Assembly: GCA_036229005.1 (NCBI GenBank)
Contig: JAZAMN010000014.1
Location: 39,785-103,784 of the forward strand
Origin: Myxococcota bacterium
Lineage (GTDB): Bacteria; Myxococcota_A; UBA796; CAJQPC01
DNA length: 64,000 bases
Direction: 5' to 3'
A model generated the notes under the pieces. That model made no database searches. It saw only the letters and a list, made by a program, of their open reading frames with translations, and had not been told where the DNA came from. This document shows, in pieces, positions 43,447-51,552 of the stretch (position 1 is the first letter of the stretch; every line of letters starts with the position of its first letter). The translations under genes were made by a program, and so were the position numbers.

Positions 43447-43560
43447 GGGGGCAGGCTATCGCAGGGCCGAGGGGGCGAACAGGGGAGCGGGCGGGGAAGT
43501 GGCGGGGATCTCACCGGCCGGGGGCTCGGATAGCGCTGCTGCACTGGCGTTGGAGGCCTC

Positions 43561-45240
43561 ATGATGACCCGCAGCACTGCCCTCAGGCTCGCTTGGACCA
43601 CCCCCCTCTGGCTGCTCGCCCTGGCCTGCACGGGCGTGGCCACGGACTCCGGATCGGACAGCTACGGCCCCGAGCCGACGGGCAACATGTGTGACCCCGA
43701 CACCCCGGAGGCCACCTGCGGCGACGAGCAGAGCTGCGAGCTGTGGGAGGGCAACGGCGCCTACTACTGCATGTGCCCTGAGGGCACCGAGCAGGTCGGC
43801 CGCGAGTGCTACGGGGAGGGCGAGGACAACCTCAAGCCCACGTGCAGCACCCTGGAGGAGGACGCCTGTGACGATGAGGGCTTCTGCTACGACCTGACGC
43901 AGGAGGCCTGCGACTACATGACCGACCGGGACATCCCCACCCCCTCGGAGTGCGATGTCATCGAGCCCTCCGGCGAGAACGACACCATCGGGATCTGTGT
44001 CAGCTCCACCCAGGACCCGTCCGCGAACCCCTACGCCCCGGACGCCGGCTACTGCGAGTTCACCCAGCAGTGGTCCAACCCCACGCACCTGCCCGTGGAC
44101 TGCCGCTGTGGCCAGCCCTTCGAGGTCAGCGAGTGCAAGCGCCCCTACGGCCTGGACGCCAGCATCTCCTTTGGTGACGGCCCGCGCTGGCGCTCCATCT
44201 CGACCTTCGAGCTCTTCGGCGCCGACCTGGACGGCCGCGAGATGATCGTGGCCGGGAGCTGGGAGTCCTCCACCCTGGACGACCAGGGCGTGGTCTTCGC
44301 CGTGGACCTGGACACCGGGGACCGCCGCGTCGTCTCCGGCAGCTTCCAGGACCCCTCTCTGGGCACCTACACCGAGGGCAGCGGCCCCGACTTCGTCAAC
44401 GCGTACAACGTGCGGCTGGGCGCGGACGGGGACTACTACGTGGTCGGCGCCACCGGACAGGCCGGCGCTCCCTACATCTGGCGCGTGGACCCCGACAGCG
44501 GCGACCGCGAGCTCATCTGGCAGGGCCGCAGCGACGGCGCGTTCGCCCCCTGTGCCAACGGCGTCCCCGAGTCCGAGGTCGGCACCAAGGAGATCAACTA
44601 CGACCCCATGTCCTGGACCATGGACGACGCCGGCTACCACTACTTTGGTGTGCTCGCTGGCGCCCCCGGTCCTGGCGTCGTGCGCGTGTCCCCCGACGGC
44701 GAGAGCTGCGACTACCTCACCCGCATCGTCCAGGACCCCGACAGCACCTTCGACGACGTCGGCGACGGCTACAGCGACATCCAGTTCTACTTCTCCGCCC
44801 TGGAGATCGTGGACGACACCATGTACGCGCTGTCGGACCGGCAGGTCTACACCATCGAGATGGACACCGGCCGCCGCCGGCTCTTCTCCGACGCCGAGTC
44901 GGGCACCGTGGGCTCCGGCACCAGCTCCCTGGGCAAGACCTGGCTCACCTGGGACCCCCACCACGACGTCCTCTGGTCCTACGGCAACCCCAGCAGCGAC
45001 AACATCCTGGTGGCCATCGACCCCGACACCGGCGACCGCACCAACGCCCCCTGCTGGCACCCCTACCAGGGCATGCTCGAGGGCTGCGCCGGCAACTCCG
45101 TGGGCATCGGCGGCGTCATGAGCATGGGCGGCATGGTCGTGGATCCCCAGGCCCCCCACGACCTCTTCAACGCCTTCGACGACCTGAGCGTCATCCAGAC
45201 CGACCAGGCCACGCTGAACATCAACATCCACTCGCTGTGA
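43561..45240 (+). CDS. Lipoprotein with Cys-rich N-terminus and beta-propeller-like C-terminus
   Basis: Lipobox ALAC; EGF-like CMCPEG; repeated (V/I)D.D(T/S)G.R blades; GGAGG RBS. Confidence 0.75.
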   Translation: MMTRSTALRLAWTTPLWLLALACTGVATDSGSDSYGPEPTGNMCDPDTPEATCGDEQSCELWEGNGAYYCMCPEGTEQVGRECYGEGEDNLKPTCSTLEEDACDDEGFCYDLTQEACDYMTDRDIPTPSECDVIEPSGENDTIGICVSSTQDPSANPYAPDAGYCEFTQQWSNPTHLPVDCRCGQPFEVSECKRPYGLDASISFGDGPRWRSISTFELFGADLDGREMIVAGSWESSTLDDQGVVFAVDLDTGDRRVVSGSFQDPSLGTYTEGSGPDFVNAYNVRLGADGDYYVVGATGQAGAPYIWRVDPDSGDRELIWQGRSDGAFAPCANGVPESEVGTKEINYDPMSWTMDDAGYHYFGVLAGAPGPGVVRVSPDGESCDYLTRIVQDPDSTFDDVGDGYSDIQFYFSALEIVDDTMYALSDRQVYTIEMDTGRRRLFSDAESGTVGSGTSSLGKTWLTWDPHHDVLWSYGNPSSDNILVAIDPDTGDRTNAPCWHPYQGMLEGCAGNSVGIGGVMSMGGMVVDPQAPHDLFNAFDDLSVIQTDQATLNINIHSL

Positions 45241-45309
45241 TGCTGCGAGGGCCGCTGCGCGGTTGACCGGGGGCGGGGGCGTGGGCAGAGTTCCGGCTCG
45301 GAGTCTGTC

Positions 45310-45822
45310 ATGCCCCTTGTGTCCCTCGGTCCGCAGCACCGCGAAGCCCTCCAGCAGCTCCTCGCCGCCTTCCAGAGCGCCGGGGAGTCCAGCATCCCCG
45401 GGTACTTCGCGGGGTGGGACTGGGAGCACGCACAGACCGTCACCGCTCTCTCCGACTGGTCCCAGGGCTGGGGGCTCCAGCCGGGTTGGGTGCCCTGCAC
45501 CACAGTCTTTCTGGAGGAGGAGGGGACCTTGGTCGGTCTGTACAACTTCCGCCACCACCTGACCCCCCAGCTCCGTCGCTACGGCGGTCACGTGGGCTAC
45601 AGCGTGCGGCCGGACCACCGCGGCCGGGGCCACGCGACCACCTTGCTCACCGGGGCCATGGATCTCGCCCGCCAGCGAGGACACACTGCCCTTGTCCTGA
45701 GCTGCGCCCCCGACAACCTGGCCTCCGCCCGGGTCATACAGAAGTGCGGTGGCGTCCTGCAGGAGCGCTTCTTCCACCAGGACCACCAGCGCGAGGTGCT
45801 TCTGTGGGAGGTGCCGCTGTGA
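45310..45822 (+). CDS. GNAT family acetyltransferase
   Basis: GGHVGYSVRPDHRGRGHAT and DNLASARVIQKCGG. Confidence 0.9.
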   Translation: MPLVSLGPQHREALQQLLAAFQSAGESSIPGYFAGWDWEHAQTVTALSDWSQGWGLQPGWVPCTTVFLEEEGTLVGLYNFRHHLTPQLRRYGGHVGYSVRPDHRGRGHATTLLTGAMDLARQRGHTALVLSCAPDNLASARVIQKCGGVLQERFFHQDHQREVLLWEVPL

Positions 45823-46337
45823 CGCGCATCTTGCTCGAGCGCGGGGACATCACCCGCTGCGCTGTGGATGCCATCGTCAACGCCGCGAACTCCGGGATGC
45901 TCGGCGGGGGCGGGGTCGACGGCGCCATCCACCGCGCCGCCGGCCCGGAGCTGCTGGAGGCCTGTCGCAGATTCCCCAAACAACAGGGCACGCGCTGTCC
46001 CCCCGGGCAGGCCCGCATCACGCCCGGCTTCCGCCTCCCCGCCGCCTGGGTCATCCACACCGTCGGCCCCATCTACCGCCAGGACCCCGACCCCGCACAG
46101 ACTCTGCGACAGGCCCACCTGAGCAGCCTCGCGCTGGCCACCGACAAGGGCCTCCGCAGCGTCGCATTTCCAGCCATCTCCTGCGGCGTCTACGGCTACC
46201 CCCTGAACGAGGCCGCCCCCATCGCCATCGCTGCGGCGCGAGAGGGCGGGCAGGCGCTGGAGGAGGTGCGCTTTGTGTTGTTTGATGGGGAGGCGCTGGG
46301 GGTGTGGGAGGAGGCGCTGGCCGAGGATCCGGTTTGA
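45819..46337 (+). CDS. Macrodomain O-acetyl-ADP-ribose deacetylase (YmdB-like)
   Basis: GDIT, AIVNAAN, GGGGVDGAIHRAAG, VIHTVGP, AFPAISCGVYGYP; GTGA overlap with the GNAT gene. Confidence 0.95.
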   Translation: MTRILLERGDITRCAVDAIVNAANSGMLGGGGVDGAIHRAAGPELLEACRRFPKQQGTRCPPGQARITPGFRLPAAWVIHTVGPIYRQDPDPAQTLRQAHLSSLALATDKGLRSVAFPAISCGVYGYPLNEAAPIAIAAAREGGQALEEVRFVLFDGEALGVWEEALAEDPV

Positions 46338-46398
46338 ATACCTGGTGGCTTTCGTCGTCTGGGCTGCGCTGAACACCCGGAAGTAGAGTGGGGGAGTC

Positions 46399-47436
46399 GT
46401 GATTGAGCGGTACTTGGCGGCGAGCGAGCATAAACCGGCAACCAAGAAGGCCTACAGGCGTCACCTGACTGGATTCATGGACCGCCTGGAGCCGGATGTG
46501 TCCTGGCAGGATTGCGGGTCTGAGGACGTCGTGATCTGGCTGCAGGAGTGTGTGAGGTCGGGGCTCGCGCCCCAGTCGGTGAATCAGACTCTGTCCGCAG
46601 TTCGGAGCTTCTATAAATGGGCGGTGACGGAAGGCCTGGTGGACAGCAACCCTGCCAGCGCCGTGAGGCAACTGTCGGTGTCCAACCCTCCCAAGACACC
46701 TCCGACCTGGGCGCAGATCCTCAAGGTGCTGTCCAAGGAGCCCCGAGACCGTGAACGTCGTCTGATCTGTCTGGCGAGCATGGGGCTGCAGGTAGAAGAG
46801 GTCCTGAAGCTCTCGCCGGTGGATCTGCGCATGGATGAGGGGTTTGTGCTTGCTGGGGAGGGGGCAAGGCGGAGAAGGGTCGAGATTCCTGTGGACCTGA
46901 AGCGATTTCTTACAGAGCCAGCGGGCGAGCACGTGCTCCAGAACAAGGACGGGGGAGCACTCAGCACTCGAAGCATGAGCAACGGGGTCAGGCGTGCCTT
47001 CAAGGACACCCTGGGGCTTGAGAGTGTTGGTCTCAAGGAACTGCGCGTCGCTGCAGCCCGTCGCTGCATCGAGCTTGGAGGGGAGAAGTGGGCCGCTGGG
47101 CAGCTTGGGTGCAAGAACAAGCAGGTGCTCAGACGTCTCGCTGGCCGACAGAGGGCGGGTCGGGAGCACTGCAGTCACTGTGACGGGCGGGACGCCTACT
47201 GCGCGGAGTGCCTGGGGACCGGGACTGTTCTGACCGACATTGGGGAGCGCTACTCAGGGCCCGACGGGTGGTGGACCATGAGGAAGCGGCTGAGGGCCCT
47301 GACCACCGAGCTGCTCACCTATTCCAAGGGAATGCGCTCCCAAGGCTTGGTCAGCGAGAGCGAGCTCAAGCAGATGGTCGATGCCGCTGCGTGCTTTGCA
47401 TCGGTCGCGAATGATGAGGAGCGCTGGGGTTCCTGA
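46399..47436 (+). CDS. Degenerate tyrosine-recombinase-like protein with C-terminal Cys4 zinc finger
   Basis: XerC/D-like core-binding domain (T.KAY; LSAVRSFYKW...GL..NP); catalytic motifs substituted; CSHC-x6-CAECLGTG; atypical codon usage. Confidence 0.75.
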   Translation: MIERYLAASEHKPATKKAYRRHLTGFMDRLEPDVSWQDCGSEDVVIWLQECVRSGLAPQSVNQTLSAVRSFYKWAVTEGLVDSNPASAVRQLSVSNPPKTPPTWAQILKVLSKEPRDRERRLICLASMGLQVEEVLKLSPVDLRMDEGFVLAGEGARRRRVEIPVDLKRFLTEPAGEHVLQNKDGGALSTRSMSNGVRRAFKDTLGLESVGLKELRVAAARRCIELGGEKWAAGQLGCKNKQVLRRLAGRQRAGREHCSHCDGRDAYCAECLGTGTVLTDIGERYSGPDGWWTMRKRLRALTTELLTYSKGMRSQGLVSESELKQMVDAAACFASVANDEERWGS

Positions 47437-47500
47437 CCCTGTCAGCTCACCGACACCCCCTGTCAACCCTCCGACACCCCTGACACCCCCGTCGACCGAC
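47437..47500. repeat. Short direct repeats (CCCTGTCA-N5-CCGACACC x2 plus further GACACCCC)
   Basis: CCCTGTCAGCTCACCGACACC / CCCTGTCAACCCTCCGACACC / CCTGACACCCC. Confidence 0.6.
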
Positions 47501-47528
47501 GAGGTCGATGGGGTGCGGATCTCCGATC

Positions 47529-47544
47529 TGGCACGAGGGTTGCT
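47529..47544 (+). promoter_or_regulatory. Sigma-54 (-24/-12) promoter
   Basis: TGGCACGAGGGTTGCT is an exact match to TGGCAC-N5-TTGCW; it is intergenic. Confidence 0.75.
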
Positions 47545-47622
47545 CCACCTCAGCCTGTCCTCGCTGGCGGTGCAGTGGTGCGCTGGTGGGTGGGGGCGTG
47601 ATCCCCAAGCGGTGGAGTTCCC

Positions 47623-47910
47623 GTGTCGCAGCGCATCGACAGCCCCTCGTCCCCCGAGACCCTCCAGAGCGACGAGGCCGCCCAGTCCCTTGAGAAGGAG
47701 CCCCAGGCGCCGCCCCCGCCGGAGGTCCCGGGCTGCTACACCCGCGACATCGAGCTGCCCGAGGAGAAGAGGGGCCCGCCGGTGCAGAACCCGGAGGTGC
47801 CGGGGGCCTATACGCGCTCGCCGGAGCGACGAAAGTCCAAGGTGAGCGGGCGACATGGGCTTGAGGGGCCGCCGCCGGGCTGTGGGCTGTCGGGCGGGAG
47901 TTGGTGGTAG
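47623..47910 (+). CDS. Small Pro-rich protein with duplicated PEVPG[C/A]YTR motif
   Basis: GGAG RBS 5 nt before the GTG; downstream of the sigma-54 site; fills the gap before the next gene. Confidence 0.55.
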   Translation: MSQRIDSPSSPETLQSDEAAQSLEKEPQAPPPPEVPGCYTRDIELPEEKRGPPVQNPEVPGAYTRSPERRKSKVSGRHGLEGPPPGCGLSGGSWW

Positions 47911-47925
47911 GGCGCGCGGGGTAGG

Positions 47926-48756
47926 ATGCGCGTCTGCGAGGTTCCCATGCCCATGTCGGTGCGCCAGAAGCTGGCGATCGCGTCCTGGAAGGCCCCCAAA
48001 GAGGGCAACATCTACGGCAAGCTCACGCTGGATGCGACGGAGGCGCTCGCGTACATCGACTGGCTGCGCGAGACCACCGGGGAGAAGGTGACCATCACGC
48101 ACTTTGTGGGCGCCGCGTGCGCTCGGGCGTTGGAGGCCGCGCCCAAGCTGAACGGCGTGATCCGGCTGGGCAGCTTCGTGCCGCGCCAGACCGTGGACAT
48201 CGCCTACCTGGTGGCGCTGGAGGAGGGCCGGAACCTGGCCAAGGCCAAGGTCTGTGACATGCACCGCAAGTCCCCCGACCAGGTCGCGCGGGAGCTGCGG
48301 GAGCTGGCCAAGAAGCTCTACGCGGGCACCGACGACAACTTCAACAAGTCGATGGGGCCCCTCAAGTTCCTGCCCACCTGGCTGATCCGGCCGCTGGTCA
48401 GCACCATCGGCTACCTGTCCAGCGTGTTCGGGCTGTCGGTGCCGGCGCTGGGCGTCGAGGCCTACCCCTTCGGCTCCTGCGTGATCACCAACGTGGGCAG
48501 CTTTGGCCTGGACGAGGGCTTCGCGCCGCCCACCCCCTTCGCGCATGTGCCGGTGTTCGTGCTCATGGGCGCGGTCCGCAAGGCCCCCTGGGTCAACGCC
48601 CAGGACGCGCTCGAGGTGCGGCCCCAGATCACGCTGTGCGCGACCATCGACCACCGCTACATCGACGGCGCCCAGGGGGGCGTGCTGGCCAAGGAGATCC
48701 GGGCCTGCTTCGCCAACCCCTGGAAGCTCAGCGGACTCCAGGGGCGCCCCGCGTAG
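47926..48756 (+). CDS. Stand-alone 2-oxo-acid dehydrogenase E2-like acyltransferase catalytic domain
   Basis: ITNVGS.G and TIDHRYIDG (DHRxxDG); no lipoyl or E3-binding domain. Confidence 0.88.
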   Translation: MRVCEVPMPMSVRQKLAIASWKAPKEGNIYGKLTLDATEALAYIDWLRETTGEKVTITHFVGAACARALEAAPKLNGVIRLGSFVPRQTVDIAYLVALEEGRNLAKAKVCDMHRKSPDQVARELRELAKKLYAGTDDNFNKSMGPLKFLPTWLIRPLVSTIGYLSSVFGLSVPALGVEAYPFGSCVITNVGSFGLDEGFAPPTPFAHVPVFVLMGAVRKAPWVNAQDALEVRPQITLCATIDHRYIDGAQGGVLAKEIRACFANPWKLSGLQGRPA

Positions 48757-48772
48757 CCCGGACCCTGGCCGC

Positions 48773-50569
48773 TCAGTCCAGGTTGGCCCGGTCCGAGTCG
48801 CCCATCTCCACGCCGCCCTGGGGGAAGTACTCCTTCCAGCGCTCGTCGACCGTCTTGGCGGTGTCGGGGTCGCAGAAGAGCTCGGCGGGGTAGCCGGGCT
48901 TCATGCGGCAGTCCATGACGATGGGGCCGCTGTAGACCAGGTGGTGGCGGTGGACGCGCTGCTTGGCGTACATGTCGGCGGCCGGCTCGAAGCGGGTGAA
49001 GGTGGTCCAGATGAAGCGGGGAGTGCTGCGCGTGGCCTCCTCCGCGTTGTCGACCATCACGACCAGGGGCCAGTCGGCCAGGGCCTCGCACTCGACCAGG
49101 GCCTGGGCGAACTCGGGGTCGTCGGTGTAGGCGGGGACCTGCACCACCAGGCAGCCGGGGCAGTAGACGCGGGCGTCGGTGGCGCCGCGGGGGAGCTCGC
49201 CGGAGAAGCTGCCGGGCAGGTCGCGGACGGGCTCGCCGATGCCCATCAGGATGCCCTTGGAGCCGGAGTTCACCTCTGGGCCGGCGTAGTCCAGGGTGTC
49301 CATGGAGGTGTTGGAGATGACGTAGAGGTCGGTCTCCGGCGAAAAGCGGGCGAGCACGATCTCCAGCAGGCCCTTGAAGTCCGCCAGGTCGTGGGGCTGG
49401 TCGGTGAGCAGCAGGAACTTGGTCAGCGAGAGCTGGCCCTCTCCCAGGATGCGGAAGGCGGAGGCCATGGCCTCTCGGGGGTATCGGACCTTCACCACCG
49501 CGCTGGCGAGGGCGTGGTACCCAGCCTCTCCATAGGTCCACAGCGAGGACACCGTTGGCATGACCACCGGGAACATCGGGCTGAGCAGGCGCTGCAGGTA
49601 GTCCCCGATGTAGAAGTCCTCCTGGCGGGGCTTGCCCACCACGGTCGCGGGGTAGACGGCGCCGCGGCGGTGGCAGAGCGCGTCCACGTGGAAGACCGGG
49701 TAGTCGTGCTGCAGGCTGTAGTAGCCGTAGTGATCGCCGAAGGGCCCCTCGGGGCGGCGCTCCCCGGCCTTGATGCGGCCCACCAGGGCGAACTCGGCGT
49801 CGGCCACCAGGTCGTTGGGGCCGGCGGGGTTGTCGGTCATGCGCAGGCGCTCGCCGGTGAGCAGGCTGGCCAGGATGAGCTCGGGCACGTTCTCGGGCAG
49901 GGGGGCGATGGCCGAGAGCACCAGGGCGGGGGGGCCGCCGGTGTAGACGACGGCCGGGAGGTCCTCTCCGCGCTGCTCCGCGATGTGGAAGTGGGCGCCG
50001 CCGCCGCGCACGATCTGGATGTGCATGCCGGTGGTCTGCGCGTCGAAGCGCTGGATCCGGTACATGCCCAGGTTGGAGCTGCCGTCGTCTGGGTGGTGGG
50101 TCTGCACCAGGGGCAGGGTGATGAAGTCGCCGCCGTCGTCGATCCAGCTCTTGAGCATGGGGATGCGATCGATGCGCGGGGGGCGGTCGACCACCTGGGT
50201 GACCGGGCCGGCCGGGATGCGGTTCAGGCCCACCTTGAGGCCCTGGCCCAAGAAGTCGCGCAGGCCCCAGACCTTGCCCAGGCTGGGGGGCATCAGCTCG
50301 TGGGGGAGCTGGGCCGCGCGCTCGATGAAGGAGATGGGGCGGCGGCCGAAGGCCAGGTTGACGCGCTTCTCGCTGCCAAAGAGGTTCGTGACGACGGGGA
50401 AGTCTGCGCCCTTGGGGTTCTTGAAGAGCAGCGCCGGGCCGCCCGCGGCGATGACGCGGCGGTGGATCTCGGCGATCTCCAGGTTGGGGTCGCAGGGGGC
50501 GTCGATCTCGACCAGCTCGCCCTCTGCGCGGAGCAGATCCATGAAGCTGCCAAGGTCTCGGATGGTCAT
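48773..50569 (-). CDS. UbiD family decarboxylase (long form)
   Basis: GPALLF, NLFGS, NLGMYR, PEGPFGDHYGYY, VGKPRQED. Confidence 0.93.
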   Translation of the reverse strand: MTIRDLGSFMDLLRAEGELVEIDAPCDPNLEIAEIHRRVIAAGGPALLFKNPKGADFPVVTNLFGSEKRVNLAFGRRPISFIERAAQLPHELMPPSLGKVWGLRDFLGQGLKVGLNRIPAGPVTQVVDRPPRIDRIPMLKSWIDDGGDFITLPLVQTHHPDDGSSNLGMYRIQRFDAQTTGMHIQIVRGGGAHFHIAEQRGEDLPAVVYTGGPPALVLSAIAPLPENVPELILASLLTGERLRMTDNPAGPNDLVADAEFALVGRIKAGERRPEGPFGDHYGYYSLQHDYPVFHVDALCHRRGAVYPATVVGKPRQEDFYIGDYLQRLLSPMFPVVMPTVSSLWTYGEAGYHALASAVVKVRYPREAMASAFRILGEGQLSLTKFLLLTDQPHDLADFKGLLEIVLARFSPETDLYVISNTSMDTLDYAGPEVNSGSKGILMGIGEPVRDLPGSFSGELPRGATDARVYCPGCLVVQVPAYTDDPEFAQALVECEALADWPLVVMVDNAEEATRSTPRFIWTTFTRFEPAADMYAKQRVHRHHLVYSGPIVMDCRMKPGYPAELFCDPDTAKTVDERWKEYFPQGGVEMGDSDRANLD

Positions 50570-50637
50570 CGGGTCCTCCGGGGGGGTGACTTAACCCTCA
50601 AAGGCGGGCAGAATGCAGCCCCGGAGGATCGCCGACC

Positions 50638-51552
50638 ATGTTCTTGATGCTTGCATCGCTCGCCCACGCCGACACCATCGAGGCCTGGTCCCAGGACGAC
50701 TGGGGCCGCGAGGGCTCGTTCATCGATCGGAACGATGACTGGCTCAATGGCTACGAAGAGGACCCCTGGTACGTGACCCAGAGCGGCGTCCTCATCCCGG
50801 AGACCGACCACAACACCAGCAACAGCGAGGATGCGCTGTTCAACTGGATCATCCACGAAGAGGCGGAGATCCAGCAGGGCCTGGTCCAGGCGGTTGTGTT
50901 CAACGACGACGACGACTCGATGGGCATCGTCTCCAACCACGATGGCGACCAGCGCTTCTACCTGCTCGTGCACAGCGCGGACTCGGTGCCCAGCGGGCTC
51001 GGGGACGCCGGGGACGGCCGCCTCTACCTGGTGCGCGTGGACGGCGAGGACTTCGAGGTGCTGGCCGACGCGGAGGCCGAGATCGGGGACCGCCCCTTTG
51101 GGCTGGAGCTGTCGGTGGACAACGGCGTGGTCACGGGGACCCTGGGCGAGGACATCCAGATCCAGGCCACCGATCCGGACCCGCTGGGCCCCGGTCTGGC
51201 CGGCTTCTGGTCCTACGACTCCGGCTATGACGGCTGGAACAGCGACTACTGCGGCGCCTCCGAGATCAACGTGTTCTGGCAGGACGAGGACGCCGACGGC
51301 GTCGCCGATGACATCGACAACTGCGAGGACGTGGCCAACGCCGACCAGGCGGACGCGGACGGCGACGGGGTGGGGGATGCCTGCTCCGAGGCCGGCGGCG
51401 ACACCGGCGAGACCGGCGGCGACGACACCGGGGCCGACGGTGAGCTGCAGATCTCCGGGAGCGCCTGCGGTGGCTGCGGCGGCGGCACGGCCGGCGGCGG
51501 TCTGCTGATCCTGGCTCTGGGCGCGCTGTTCACCAGGCGTCGGAGCGACTGA
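50638..51552 (+). CDS. Secreted protein with TSP3-like repeat and MYXO-CTERM-like tail
   Basis: DEDADGVADDIDNC...NADQADADGDGVGDAC; ACGGC-TM-RRR. Confidence 0.8.
   Translation: MFLMLASLAHADTIEAWSQDDWGREGSFIDRNDDWLNGYEEDPWYVTQSGVLIPETDHNTSNSEDALFNWIIHEEAEIQQGLVQAVVFNDDDDSMGIVSNHDGDQRFYLLVHSADSVPSGLGDAGDGRLYLVRVDGEDFEVLADAEAEIGDRPFGLELSVDNGVVTGTLGEDIQIQATDPDPLGPGLAGFWSYDSGYDGWNSDYCGASEINVFWQDEDADGVADDIDNCEDVANADQADADGDGVGDACSEAGGDTGETGGDDTGADGELQISGSACGGCGGGTAGGGLLILALGALFTRRRSD

Noticed and set aside
46399..47500. Active prophage or integrative element
   Set aside because: Catalytic residues are missing, and no att repeats, tRNA target, or phage/cargo genes are visible.
47926..48756. Canonical PDH/OGDH E2 (aceF/sucB)
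   Set aside because: No lipoyl or E3-binding domain and no E1/E3 neighbours.
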